Shown here in pieces: positions 15,451 to 28,046 of a stretch of DNA of 64,000 bases; positions within the stretch are counted from its first letter, which is position 1, and each line of letters opens with the position of its first letter. Source of the DNA: Octopus vulgaris (lineage: Eukaryota). Under the pieces are notes generated by a model that saw only the letters and a list, made by a program, of their open reading frames with translations, made no database searches and was not told the DNA's origin. The position numbers and the translations under genes are program-made. The stretch covers positions 3,410,001-3,474,000 of the forward strand of contig OX597816.1 of assembly GCA_951406725.2 (NCBI GenBank). Reading direction: 5' to 3'.

Positions 15451-16063
15451 ACACAACCTTACTACGTTTGCCCCACTCCGCCACCACATTTACTATCACC
15501 ATCTTCGCCATTAGCATAATCTAAAATTCTACCATCCAGTTTCTTTAATCTGTCAAATGTCCTACTTTATCATTTTGGCCGATGTCATTACTTATATGAA
15601 CGATATTGTATCGTCTGCTAAACGAAGACGGTGTCGTCTGCCAAAGGATGGAAATGTCGTCTGCTAAATACAGAAAACGATCTTGTTGAGTAAAAATCTC
15701 GTCACAATTTGCTTCCATCGTTACCTCCAACCTTTTGTCCAAACTCATTGATGCCAGCTAGCGACACAATCACAGAGTATTTCAAAAACTACAAGATTGC
15801 AAGAATAAAATTAATTTCAGAAGATAGTCAATCGTTCCGTCAAGTTACACGACGACATCTTAAACCAGCAGCCATTTAAGCAATGCAATCACTTCTATAA
15901 AACCAATCTTTCTATTTTGACACTCTCCATTTCATTTTTCTAGTTTCTGGTTTTTATTTTATTTGTTTCGTCTGTCCATTCCTTTGTTTGTTTTTTCGTT
16001 TCTTTCTTTTTTTCTGTCGTTCATTATGTTTCAAACATTTTTGTATCGTCTCTCTACTTAACC

Positions 16064-16094
<31 letters not shown>

Positions 16095-16932
16095 CGTTCT
16101 TCTTCTTCTTCTTCTTCTTCTTCTTCTTCTTCTTCTTCTTCTTCTTCTTCTTCTTCTTCTTCTTCTTCTTCTTCTTCTCTCCCTATCTTCTCTCCCTATT
16201 TTCTCTGTCTGTCTGTCTGTCTGTCTCTCTGTATTTTCTCCCTAATTTCTCTTCCTCAAACTTCTCTAAATTTAATCTAAAATTAGTTTTAGATTCTTTA
16301 TTACATTTTATATATATGTTTTCAAAATTCCCAGAGGTATAAAGGAGTCGAAATTGCACAGCAGCAGCAGCAGTAGCGGCGGCGGTTGTAGTGTTAGTGG
16401 TGGTGCTTGTATCAGGTGTTGTTGCGGTGGTAGTAGTCACGTCAGAGACGAACTCCAACAGAAACAAATCTAGTTTGTTGTAGACTTCAAAAAACAGGAA
16501 AACACATTCTTGTATTTCCCAAAGTTCCAATACGCTAAGAAAAATCGACAAAGAAAATTATGTGAAGGCACGCACACACACACACACACATATATATATA
16601 TGTTTGTGTGTTTGTGTTTGTCCCCCACCATCACTTGACAACCGATGTTGGTGTGTTTACGTCCCGTAATTTAGCGGTTCGGCAAGAGACACCGGTAGAA
16701 TAAGTACTAGGCTTACAAAGAATAAGTCCTGGGGTCAAATTGTTCGACTAAAGGTAGTGCTCCAGCACGGCCGCAGTCAAATGACTGAAACAAGTAAAAG
16801 ATATATATATATACATATATATATATATATGTATATGTATATATATATATCCCTTCTTTCCTGAGCGTCCAATAATACTTTATTTGTTCCACATCCTTGC
16901 GTTGTTGTCTTTTTGTTTTCTTGTTTGGATTA

Positions 16933-17112
<180 letters not shown>

Positions 17113-17119
17113 TAGAGAT

Positions 17120-17154
<35 letters not shown>

Positions 17155-17262
17155 AAGAAAGAGAGCGAGCGAGCGAGAGAATAAGAGGGGGGGAGTTATA
17201 GTGAAAGAAAATGGAAGAAAATAATATGAAGAGAATATAAAGAAAATGAGAGAGAAAATCTC

Positions 17263-17303
<41 letters not shown>

Positions 17304-18651
17304 GGAGAAGTGGATGGGGGTCATAAGATAAAGAATTTGAGAGAAGATAAAGTCTGAGAGAATTGATGAGATTTTTGTGGTGTTGGTTAATTCTATTAGG
17401 TTGTTCTTTGATATTTTTGCGTTGAATAAATTTCTGACGCCGAGAATGAAAGAGAATTTTAGGGCAGACAATGGCGCTGCCGGAATTAGGGAGAAAAAGG
17501 AAAATTAACGAATTTTAATATTATTATTTTTATTATAATTCCACAGAAATACATCGACAAAATGTTAGAAATTGTCCTGGGTCTACTGGAAGAGAAGGAC
17601 ACAAGAATCAATCAAATATCCAGGAGATTATAATCGATCGTATTTCGATCTTCAGAGCATCTTACCATTTGCTTTATGCGGACGAAATACTTTCCTGTTT
17701 GTGTTCCGGCTCTTTATTGGTGTCCGGATTCGTTTAACTAAAATACCAGCCAAATCCCGCCGTCAATGGTCTCCTGCTAACACCCCCTGCACCACCACCG
17801 ATGTTGTATCGCCTGGATCTAAATTACAAAGAATTAGCATTATTCTTTTAGATACAAGACACAAAAACTAGGAATCGTTGGGAAGATGACTGATCAATTA
17901 CATCAACCCCTGTACATGACTGGTATTTTATTTCTAATTCTTTTCTACCCACAAGGGGCTAAACCCAGAGGAGACAAACAAGGACAGACAAACGGATTAA
18001 GTCGATTATATCGACCCCAGTGCGTAACTGGTACTTATTTAATTGACCACGAAAGGATGAAAGGCAAAGTCGACTTCGGCGGAATTTGAACTCAGAACGT
18101 AACGGCAAACGAAATACTGCAAAGCATTTCGCCTGGTGTGATAACATTTCTGCCAGCTCGCCGCCTTTCATGGCTGGTATTTTATTTCATCGACTCCCAG
18201 ATGCTGAAATAAAAGTTGACTCCTGTGTGATTTGAACTCGGAGCGTAAAGAACCGGAAGCAATAGGGCAACGCGCAGTTTCATAGTTTGGCACAAGGTCA
18301 GAAATTCTAAGGGAATGGAGAAGGTCGATCGCATCGACCTCTGTACTTCAATCGTACTTTATTTTATCGACCCGGAAAAGAAAAAAAAGGCAAAGTCAGC
18401 TTACCACTCCTGCTGCAAGTGCTGGCCGTGTGTCAAGACTTGAAACAATTAACATTAGCGCGTCGAACAAAATGTTTAGTGGCCCTTTACGCTCTGAGTT
18501 CAAATCCCGCCGAGGTCGACTTTACCTTTCATCCTTTCGTGGTCGATTATGTACGACTCGGGTCGATGTAACCCACACATCCCCTCCCCCAAAATGACTG
18601 CCGTTGTGGCAAAAAATGAAACCAATATTATTATTATTATTATTATTAATA

Positions 18652-19090
18652 TCTATTTACATTTGACGGATATTTGCCCTCATCTTGTTTGTTGTTAACA
18701 CAACGTTTCGGCTGATATACCTCCCAGCCTTCATCAGGTGCCTAGGGGAAATTTCGAGGTATTTCTTTCGATATCATTATTCAGGTCACTGCTTGGAATC
18801 GAACTCGGAATCTTGGGGTTAGTAGCCGGCGCTCTTAACCACTATGCAATATGCCTGTGGGCAATTATGGAGTGAATTTTAAGGCTTATAAATCTAATAT
18901 TTTCCTATCCTTCCTTAATACCGGTTCCCATATGCTGTTCATATCTGCACTCGGTCTGCTTAGGAGGTTGTTGTGTCCTAATACAAGTGCTGCTTCTTTT
19001 AGTTTTCGTATTTTCCAGTGGTGTTCACTGTCTATTATTTTAAATTTAAATAATGTACATAATTCCTCACCTCTTAAATATAGAACTGTA
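18652..19090 (-). mobile_element. Penelope-like element 3' end: GIY-YIG C-terminus, tRNA-like promoter, hammerhead, with inverted terminal piece
   Basis: Minus strand encodes FKIIDSEHHWKIRKLKEAALVLGHNNLLSRPSADMNSIWEPVL (PLE endonuclease tail). tRNA-like A/B boxes at 18783-18856; hammerhead at 18697-18742. 19050-19090 is the repeat's distal end in opposite orientation. Confidence 0.8.
18697..18742 (-). ncRNA. Minimal type-I hammerhead ribozyme (family 1), intact core
   Basis: GGCAC-CUGAUGA-a-GGCUG(ggagguauau)CAGCC-GAAA-CG-UU-GUGUU: stem I, stem II and palindromic AACGUU helix III. Confidence 0.8.
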
Positions 19091-19846
19091 TTATCATTAT
19101 TATTGTTGTTGTTGATAAGGCGACAAGTAGACAAACTTGTCAGCAGCACTTCTTCCAACTTTACGTTTTGAGTTCATATTTCGCCTAAGTCGACTTTGCT
19201 TTTCATCGTTTCAGGATCGATGAAATAAACACCAACGCGATCTATGGAATCGACCCCCCCCCCACCTCCATTCAAAATTTTGGGCGTTGTATCTTTAGTA
19301 GAAAATACTATTGTTATCATTATCCTTTTATCTATGTTCAAACCGTACGGAATATGGTCAGCTAGTTGGAGGAAATATCTTATTTGTCCGGAAACGAAGT
19401 CAAAGCATTAAAAGCTAAAACCCTGCTCTTAACACACAACCGACAGCTAACCGCTATGACGTCATTGTGACGTTGCCGAAATCCTCGAACGGTGTGAAAC
19501 GATGCCAAGGCAGACGTTAACTGACTGTCTTGGATTCTCGTTTATTTCTTCGCTTTAATGAAAAGTCTCCTTCCTATTACAATTGTATGATTTTTCTCCT
19601 CAATGTAATATATATCAGGATATATAAACGCGCACACACACACGAATGTATATGTACACACACACACATATTTATATATGTGAAGTATATTTGCCATCTA
19701 AATATGGCTAACAACTAAGGGTGGATGTTACTGTAGCTTGTAGCCCCAGGAGAACATCTTCTCCAGCTGGCTATAGGCACACTTTCTGTGCCCTATCGGT
19801 ATTTGCAAAGGGAAGCCATCCTTCCCATCGTCGACCTAATGTGATA

Positions 19847-19891
19847 CGCACGGACCCGGGTTTCTGAATATTGACCCGTCATCAGCGCACG
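19847..19891 (-). ncRNA. Minimal type-I hammerhead ribozyme (family 3), stem II partly decayed
   Basis: GUGCG-CUGAUGA-cgggucaauauuca-GAAA-CCCGGG-UC-CGUGC; palindromic ACCCGGGU helix III, GUC triplet. Confidence 0.7.
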
Positions 19892-20141
19892 ACAATCACC
19901 GGTCTTCGATATATATATATACATATATATATTTATATATGTAGGTCACAAAAGTAACCTATGTATGCACCTTAATTCTCATCGGTGGCTTTTAACGCCT
20001 AGGGTTAAACTCAACTTCTTCTATCGATCCTATAAGAAAGACCTTTTAAATCATAAGCTGATTTTCCAAACGGTATAAGTGTAAGCAACTAATTAAAAGG
20101 GTGGCTAATTAGCAATTGGAAGCTAAAGGCAAAATTAATAG

Positions 20142-20409
20142 AGGTCACAAAAGTGAGGGAGGGTGCTGGCCAGCACCCCTTATGCTAAATTAAGGGTTGA
20201 ATTAATTCTAAAGCCACAAATCACTCTAACTCAGTGAATCATTGATGAGAATTAAGGTGTCAACACCAAGATTCGAAATCGTGATCCGGTTTCATACGAT
20301 AGGAGCTCCACCTCCCTTTGTCAGTCACTGTGTTAGAATGATTTGTGGTTCTGGAATTAATTTAACTCTTATATTAGCATAAACAGCACCCTCCCTCACT
20401 TTGCGGCCC
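20142..20409. mobile_element. MITE/foldback element with ~90-bp imperfect TIRs
   Basis: ggtcacaaaagtgagggagggtgctg...ttatgctaa...aattaattc...ccacaaatca.tctaac.cagtga is mirrored at about 20323-20409. Confidence 0.75.
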
Positions 20410-21872
20410 AAAACTTAAAGACGGAAATAATAATAATAAAACGTCTATTGGTACCTTACCATTTCAGATTTATATCACAGAGTATCCCTTTTGGAGAATT
20501 TTGTATCATTGTGGCATTTGGAGATCACTGTAAAGCACCAAGATAAACAACATTCCTGGTTTTCCCATTTGGCGTGAGTATGAAGAGATTGTTGCCGTTT
20601 CTGGAACAACCACCAGAGAACTGACCCTGGGCAAAGCACTTCTGCTTGAGGTGAAGACCAACGATTTTGAGTGATTGTCTTTGAGTCTTGTTAAATGATA
20701 TTGCAAAACTAACCTTTACTGGAAATTGAAGTCTCTCGAATACAAAAGCCATGTCTGCTGGAATCAATGGGATTCTTGGAATAAACGCATTTTCTCCCTT
20801 TCCTTGTCCAGTGAGGATTGTTGCTTCCAAAAGATGTGGATGCATTTGCCTGACAATCAGTCTTGTTCCATTGCACAGCTTTGGAGGATCCAGATTTCTC
20901 AAAAGCATGACTGGAACTCCTTTCTTCAATGTCAGTTTGTGAGAAGGCATTCCAAGAGGATCCAAAGAGTTAAGAAACTCAGTAGGATAATTCACAGCCT
21001 CATTGGGGTCCACAACAGGATCAACTGAGAAATAGTTTTTTTCCTCTCAGTATTGATTGATTGCATAAGATTCCAATTGACAGCCTGGGCAGTTTCATTT
21101 TCTGGTGCAAGTACGGCTCTTTGACAAAGCCAATCATGATCTTGAAAATTACGTCCAATGTTTGGGGTAAATCTTGGTAATCAACTCGTCTACAGTTTTG
21201 ACCAAAATACCACGGCCATTTAGAAAAGGTGATGTCTCCATTACAGCCTTGCTGAATGCTTCCATTTCCCAGATCCAGCAGCTGAGCTGTAAATCTTCCA
21301 GCATCCAGATCTCTGAATAAACTGACTCTGCCGAAAGTTCGATTTGGACGGAAATCCGATTTGGGCAGAAAACCAATTTGGACCGCAAGTCCGATTTGGG
21401 CGCAAATCCGATTTGGGCCGAGAGTTCGAGTCCTTCAGTATTTCCTTCCGAGTACTTCAATTCACAAACTCCACGGAACTTCGAAACTTCCCGAACACGA
21501 AACCTCTCATTTCAACCTGAATCTAGTTTTAAATAACTGAACTGAAAATATTTTTTAAATTCACGAAGTTTTAGTTTTACTTTAAATCCAGTTTAAACGA
21601 AAATCTTGTGAGTTCACAATTTTTTGAAATTCTTTTAAAATTTGAATTTCCAACTGTTAGCACACAACAACACCACATCCAGACCTGATCCTAATGCTGG
21701 ATGTTCAAGAAGCAAATGAGGGGAAGATTTTTAACCCCGGGATCACCTTGATTCCAAAAAGGTGTCTATGTAGAGCAAATGTAGTCCGAGATATGTCTAT
21801 GTAGAGCAAATGTAGTCCGAGATACAGGGGTCCCAGACCGACGGACAAACGGACAGAATTTCGCGTTTACTA
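20410..21872 (-). mobile_element. Internally deleted Helitron with PIF1-family helicase C-terminal relic (20525-21190)
   Basis: [46 protein letters not shown]...FIPRIPLIP...[24 protein letters not shown]; upstream in-frame stops. Internal CCGATTTGG repeats at about 21330-21420; Helitron-like gtccgtttgtccgtc motif near 21840-21870. Confidence 0.85.
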
Positions 21873-22875
21873 TGTGTGTGTGTGTATGTATGTATGTATT
21901 TATGTATGTATGTATGTGTGTATGTATGTATGTATATGTGCGTGTGTGTGTATGTATGTGTGTATGTATGTATGTATGTATGTATGTATGTATGTATGTA
22001 TGTATGTATATGTGTGTGTCTGTATGTGTGTCTGTGTTTTCTTCCCTTCTATCTCTTGACATTCGGTATTGGTTTGTTTCTGTTCCCTTAAAATTGATTC
22101 GACAAAAAAAAAAAAGAAAGAACCGATATAATGAGACTCGGACTTAAAAACAATAAATATTTCGTCGATGTATTCTATTAAACTCTCTTTAGTGACGATG
22201 CCCCAGCCTGGGCGCAGTAAAATGACTGAAATAATTAAAAATAATAATAATAATAAAAAGCGTGGCTTTGTGGTAAGAAACTTGCTTCCCAACCACCTGG
22301 TTCCGAGTTCAGTCCTACTTATAGCCTTGGGTCTACCAAAGCCTTGTGAGCTGATTTGGTAGAGGGAAACTGAAAGAAGCCCATTGTATATACATATGTG
22401 TGTGTCTGTTTTTTGTGTTGGTTTGTTTACGTCCCCCCATGACTTAGCGGTTCGGCAAAAAGCCCCGTAGAATAAGTACCAGGTTTAAAAAAAAATTAAG
22501 TCCTGGGATCGATTTGTTCAACGAGGCAGTGCCCCAGCATGGCCACGGTCTAATGAAACAAGTAAAAGGAAGATAGCAGTAAGAAATAGACACAGACTGA
22601 GAATGGGGGGGGGAGGAGGGAGAGAGGAAGAGAAAGAAGGACAGAAAGAGAGAGGGGGAGGAAAGAGAGGGAAAGAGAAAAAGAAAGTGAGTGAGAGCGA
22701 GAAAGAAAGAGGAACAGTGAGAGAAAGAGGATAGAATAAGATAGAGAGAGAAAGAAAAACAGGAAGGAAGAGAGGGGGAGAAAGAGAAAAAAGAAAGAGT
22801 GTGAGAGACAAAGAGGGGAGAGAGAAAGAAAGAGAAACGGAGAAAGAGAAAGAGAGAATAAGAGAGAAAAAGAGG

Positions 22876-22913
<38 letters not shown>

Positions 22914-22983
22914 AAGAGAAAAACGAGAAAGAGATAGAGATAGAGAGAGAGAGAGAAAGAGAGAGAGATAGAGAGAGAGAGGA

Positions 22984-23014
<31 letters not shown>

Positions 23015-24049
23015 ATAAGAGAGAAAGAGAGGGAGAGAAAGAGAGAGATAGAGAGAGAAAGAGAAAGAGAAAGAAAGACAGAAAGACAGGGAAAGAGAAA
23101 AAGAAAGTGAGTGAGAGAGAAAGAGAAAGAGTGAGAGAGAGAGAAAGAAAAAGATACAGTGAGAGAGAGAGAGAGAAAACAGAAAGAGAGAGAGACGCTG
23201 CAAGCCTTGTCTGACCGAACGCCTGTCTGCATCCGAGTGAAGCGAGTTTGTGTGTGACGCATGCGCAAGTGACACACGTTGCGTGTGGAGGATCAAAGAG
23301 ACGAGGACAGAGAAATAGTGTAAGGGAGATAACTCTGACGGCGATATTGCATATTTCGCCGTTTTTTCCCCATTTCTCGCGATTCTAGTTTCAAAAACCA
23401 TATTTTAAATAAATCAATCTTAAATTGTCTCTCGGCACTTTTCTGGCTTCATTACACGATTTTTCAAAATTATTATTATTATTATTATTATACAACTGTA
23501 TATTAATTACAAATAAATTGAGTCCTATTATTTTGAGCCGCCCCGTATAATCGGATTATCGTTTAATCTATCTTAATAACACGATGAAACAAAATGAGAG
23601 AATTATATTTCTGGATCGATAATTATAATTCCTTATGTTTTTACAACGATTCGAAAATGATTTTTTTACACAACTTAAATACTTATATTTATATAAGTTT
23701 TAATCAGTTTCTATTTATAGAACTGTTTACTGTGATTTCGGTCGAATGCAGTATAAATACAGTCTTGTGTACGTACGTATGTATATATATGTGAGTGCGT
23801 ATGTGTGTGTCTATTTGTGTATATATAAATATATGTGGCAGTGCTTCAGCATGGCCGCACCCTCAAGGCTGAAACGTATAAAGGAATAAAAGAATATATA
23901 TATATATATAACCAATATATATATATATATAATATATGACCATTCCGAAATATATTTAAACTGTAATCATTTCTTCACGATTCAAGTTTCCGTGACCCTC
24001 ACTAAGAACTATCTGTTTTCGGTGTCACGCTGGTTATATACACTCTGCT

Positions 24050-24395
24050 GCCGTGGACATGTTTACAAAATCAGAAAATACCACAGCTCCCATGACTTTC
24101 GGAAACATTTTTTCACGCTAAGAGTTGCTGAAGCATGGAACAAACTGCCGGCATCAGTTGTTAGTTGTCGGAGCACTGCATCCTTCAAAACTTCCATGCT
24201 TCCTGAGATTCACCAACACTACACCTGATTTTCTCCCCTCCATACACACACAAGCATGTATCTGACTCATACATTGTTCGCTTTCCAGACATTTGCACAT
24301 TACTGCATATGCTTTATACGCACTTTTGACAAGTTGTGGTGCACCTGGGCACTGTATACAATAATTTCATTATTATTATCATTATTATTATTATA
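24050..24395 (+). mobile_element. CR1-like LINE 3' end
   Basis: RGHVYKIRKYHSSHDFRKHFFTLRVAEAWNKLPASVV, then 3' UTR and (ATT)n tail. Confidence 0.8.
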
Positions 24396-25049
24396 TCTGT
24401 AAAATCGCTTTCATCTGTTCGTCTACATCGGTCAGCAGACCTTGCCTTAGTTGTTTCTTGTATCGGGGAATCAACAGATCTTCGTCTGGACATTATCTTT
24501 CTCATATTGTCTATCTGTGTCATTGTTTATCTTTCTGACACTCTTGTTTTTCCATTAAGCTCATTTGTCATTTGGTTTTGTTTAATCGATTGTGTAATCT
24601 CATCCCGTTTTGCTTGGGTTGTTTGTTTATCGCTTATTTATTGGCCGTCGAGTCGCAATTATCTCGTATCTGCCTGTCGAATGCGTCATTGATATCCTGT
24701 TTTGTTACAGTTGTAATTCGATCCAATTCATTATTATTTTATATCTGAAGTTTCCAAAAGTGATTTTGAAATATTCTGTGGTTGTGTGGATGAGGCGATT
24801 GCATTTTCTATTTGTTAGTATCTCTAAATTGTCATTTGAATTGAATGCAATCGATATTTAACTTACAAATACACGTTCAGGCCCACATATCGCAAGAGAC
24901 TATCTTCTCCCTTAAGAGAAATTAACAAATAACTTACTGCCAGAGTTTACTTGTCTTCATTAATGGAACAAAGACTGGAGTACAGCAAGATGATAATCAC
25001 TTAATCTATCTGGCAGTCAGAAGTAATCTAAGAACGTTATAATCCTCAT

Positions 25050-25197
25050 TATTTACATTATTTACATTTGACGGATATTTGTCCTCATCTTGTTTGTTGC
25101 TTACACAACGTTTCGGTAGATATACCTTCCAGCCTTCTTCAGGTGTCTTGGGGGAAATTTCGAACCTGGGTTCTCATTCCTAAGGTATTTTTCGATG

Positions 25198-25253
<56 letters not shown>

Positions 25254-25348
25254 AACAAACAAGACGAGGACAAAAATCCGTCAAATGTAAATAACGTAAA
25301 TAAAGTAAATACTGTACATAGTTCCTCATCTCTTAAATATAGAACTGG
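25050..25348. mobile_element. Inverted Penelope-like terminal repeat insertion with 14-bp TSD
   Basis: Minus copy 25050-25200, plus-strand tail 25250-25348; TSD gttataatcctcat at 25036-25049 and 25349-25362. Confidence 0.8.
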
Positions 25349-26041
25349 GTTATAATCCTCATATAATCCTCAGATGAAATATTATCAAACTAAAGAAATA
25401 GAAAAACAAAATAAAGGAGTACTTCCTGCAAAAATAACATTTTCTCTGCAGTTCCTCCCAGAGTTTATCTTTCCTCTTTCCAGGGTCATTAAATCGTAAA
25501 ATAATCCTTTATGAAGGTGGATTCAATACATTCTATATTTCCGATACAGAAATGTAGACCTGCACAAGGGCGAGAAATTTGCAATATATTCTTTACAAAA
25601 TATTTTGTTTAACATTTTCTAGTTTCCTCAAAATGAATTCCTTTTTAAAATTCGAAGAAACGGTTCACAGGTGACAAAAAATAGGTTTTGAGGTTAGTTA
25701 CTTCTCGAAACCGAAAATTCAAGAGTAGATTGTGACGAGGTGGTCTTGTCTAGTACCTTTTTATTGTTTTGAGATTATTAATGGAAACGATGAGGCCCCC
25801 ATCGTACATCAGCGGATGGAAGATGGGGAGGAAAGTGGTTCGAATCTAGTTATTAACTAAAAAGATAGAAAGATTTGTGTGTGTTGTGTAAGAATGGGTT
25901 TATATACGGGGGAAGACACCGAGGTGCCTTAATTTCAAGGTTCCAGCCCGGTGTGCGCCATTTGGGGGGGCGAATACCAGGCAACCAGGTTGACAAAGAA
26001 TTTGTGGGTGAGATTTCTTGGACTGAAACTGTACGGAAACA

Positions 26042-26078
<37 letters not shown>

Positions 26079-26443
26079 ATGTATGTATGTATGTATGTAT
26101 ATATGTATGTATGTATGTATGTATATACATATATATATACATACATACATACATACATACATACATACATACATACATACATACATACATACATACATAC
26201 ATACATACATACATACATACATACATGTGTATCTGCGTATTCACTAATAATAACAACAATACCCAGTTATACTTCTAACTGAATGCAAATACAAATATAC
26301 ACACCGTAGGTATATATATACACCCTCAAATGCGATCAAACTATGCTAGGTGAGTATTTGTACGACTATTTTCTAACTAGAGACTATATTCTCTAACAAA
26401 TAAATACAACCCTTCTCTCATGTTCACAGTCACATAATCTATG

Positions 26444-26488
<45 letters not shown>

Positions 26489-26911
26489 CACCCATTATGT
26501 ATGTCACTCACACGCAGGCCCCCTCCCCCCTTATCATCCATACACTCAATGATCCAACGCCCCCTCCCTCCTCGCACACCCACACTGACATCTTCCATTT
26601 CCCCCACCCCCCACTCCATATATCTACCTCCATCGTTAAAGCTACAGAATGGTAGCTCCGGTTCCATCCTGCCAGTTTTTACTCATCACCATCCTGGCAC
26701 GACAGATTGGGGGACACGTGCCTGTGGAGACAACCATTTCTCTTTTTATGTGCGGACACCATTTTTCATTTCCCAGGGGTTGTTTTTACCAAGTCCTTGC
26801 ATTATTCCAATCCGAGGTTTCCATGCCTTCCCTTCTCCAATAAACTCCCACCAAAACCGTCAATCACATTTTCAATCCTATTACGTGTCTCTTTCTTCTT
26901 CACCCACCCCT

Positions 26912-26985
<74 letters not shown>

Positions 26986-28046
26986 TACTGTGTGGACCAA
27001 CCTAGCGACGGCGACGGCCCATCCTTGTCACCCCCTCCCAACCAAATCTCACTGCCCACCCCCCCCCCGCCTCCCGAAAGTCCCCTTAGACGTTCCATCC
27101 ACACACAGCCGGCCGCATGTTCTGTGCCTTTGCACACGGATGCCGCTATAAAGTACGGGACCTTAATGAAATTAGCATGGCAATTAATAGGATCGTTCCG
27201 ATGAAAAATAATGTTCGCCTACCCTTTTGTATTAGGGGATATTAAAAAAAAAAGAAGGGGAAAAAGAAAGAAAAAGATCTTTCTTTCTTTCTTTCTTTCT
27301 TTTCTGGTCCTTTCCCAAGTCGTTGGTCTTATCTCTCGTGCATCAATCGTTCCCTTTTGTTGCTACCCCCCACCTCGTTTTCCGGTGGTAGGAAAGACAA
27401 GGTGTGGTGGTGGTGGTGGTGGTGGTGGTGGTGGTGGTGGTGGTGGCGGCGGTGTATTTTTGTCTCTAACGACCATTATTAACAAAAGACAACCAGCTAT
27501 TCTGTACGACGCACCGTATTAACAAACACTATGACAACAACAACAACGACAACAACATCACCAATCACCTCAACAAATAATAACAATGATAATAATAATT
27601 AGTATGACAGCACCTTCATCATCATCATCATCACCATCATCACCATAATCATCGTCATCGTCGATCAACATCAATAACGACAGCGCTGACAATGACGATG
27701 ATGATGATGATGACAACAACAACAACAACAACAATAATAATAACAACAACAACAACAACGACAATGATAATAATAGTAGTTATAATTTGGCTGCTGTTTG
27801 TTGGTTGTTTGAAAGATAACAAACCCAGCACTAAACTGATTAATTTCCCTACCCAATCTCTGTTTATCACAGCAGACATTGTCTTCACCGTCTATTACCA
27901 TATTCCTAATACATTATTCTATTTTGTATATTTACCAAATGCTGTGCACATATTTATTTGCCGGGCAGATAGTGCAAATATTGAGTTACAAATAATAATA
28001 ATAATAATAATGATAATAATAATAATAATAATAATATTAATAATAA

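Noticed and set aside
18783-18856. Functional tRNA gene
   Set aside because: The acceptor and T stems are mismatched and the unit is part of a repeated element. The SINE heads elsewhere are likewise tRNA-derived, not tRNA genes.
20525-21013. Host PIF1 helicase gene
   Set aside because: Intronless fragment with degenerate motifs ([18 protein letters not shown]) and upstream stops, inside a Helitron-like context.
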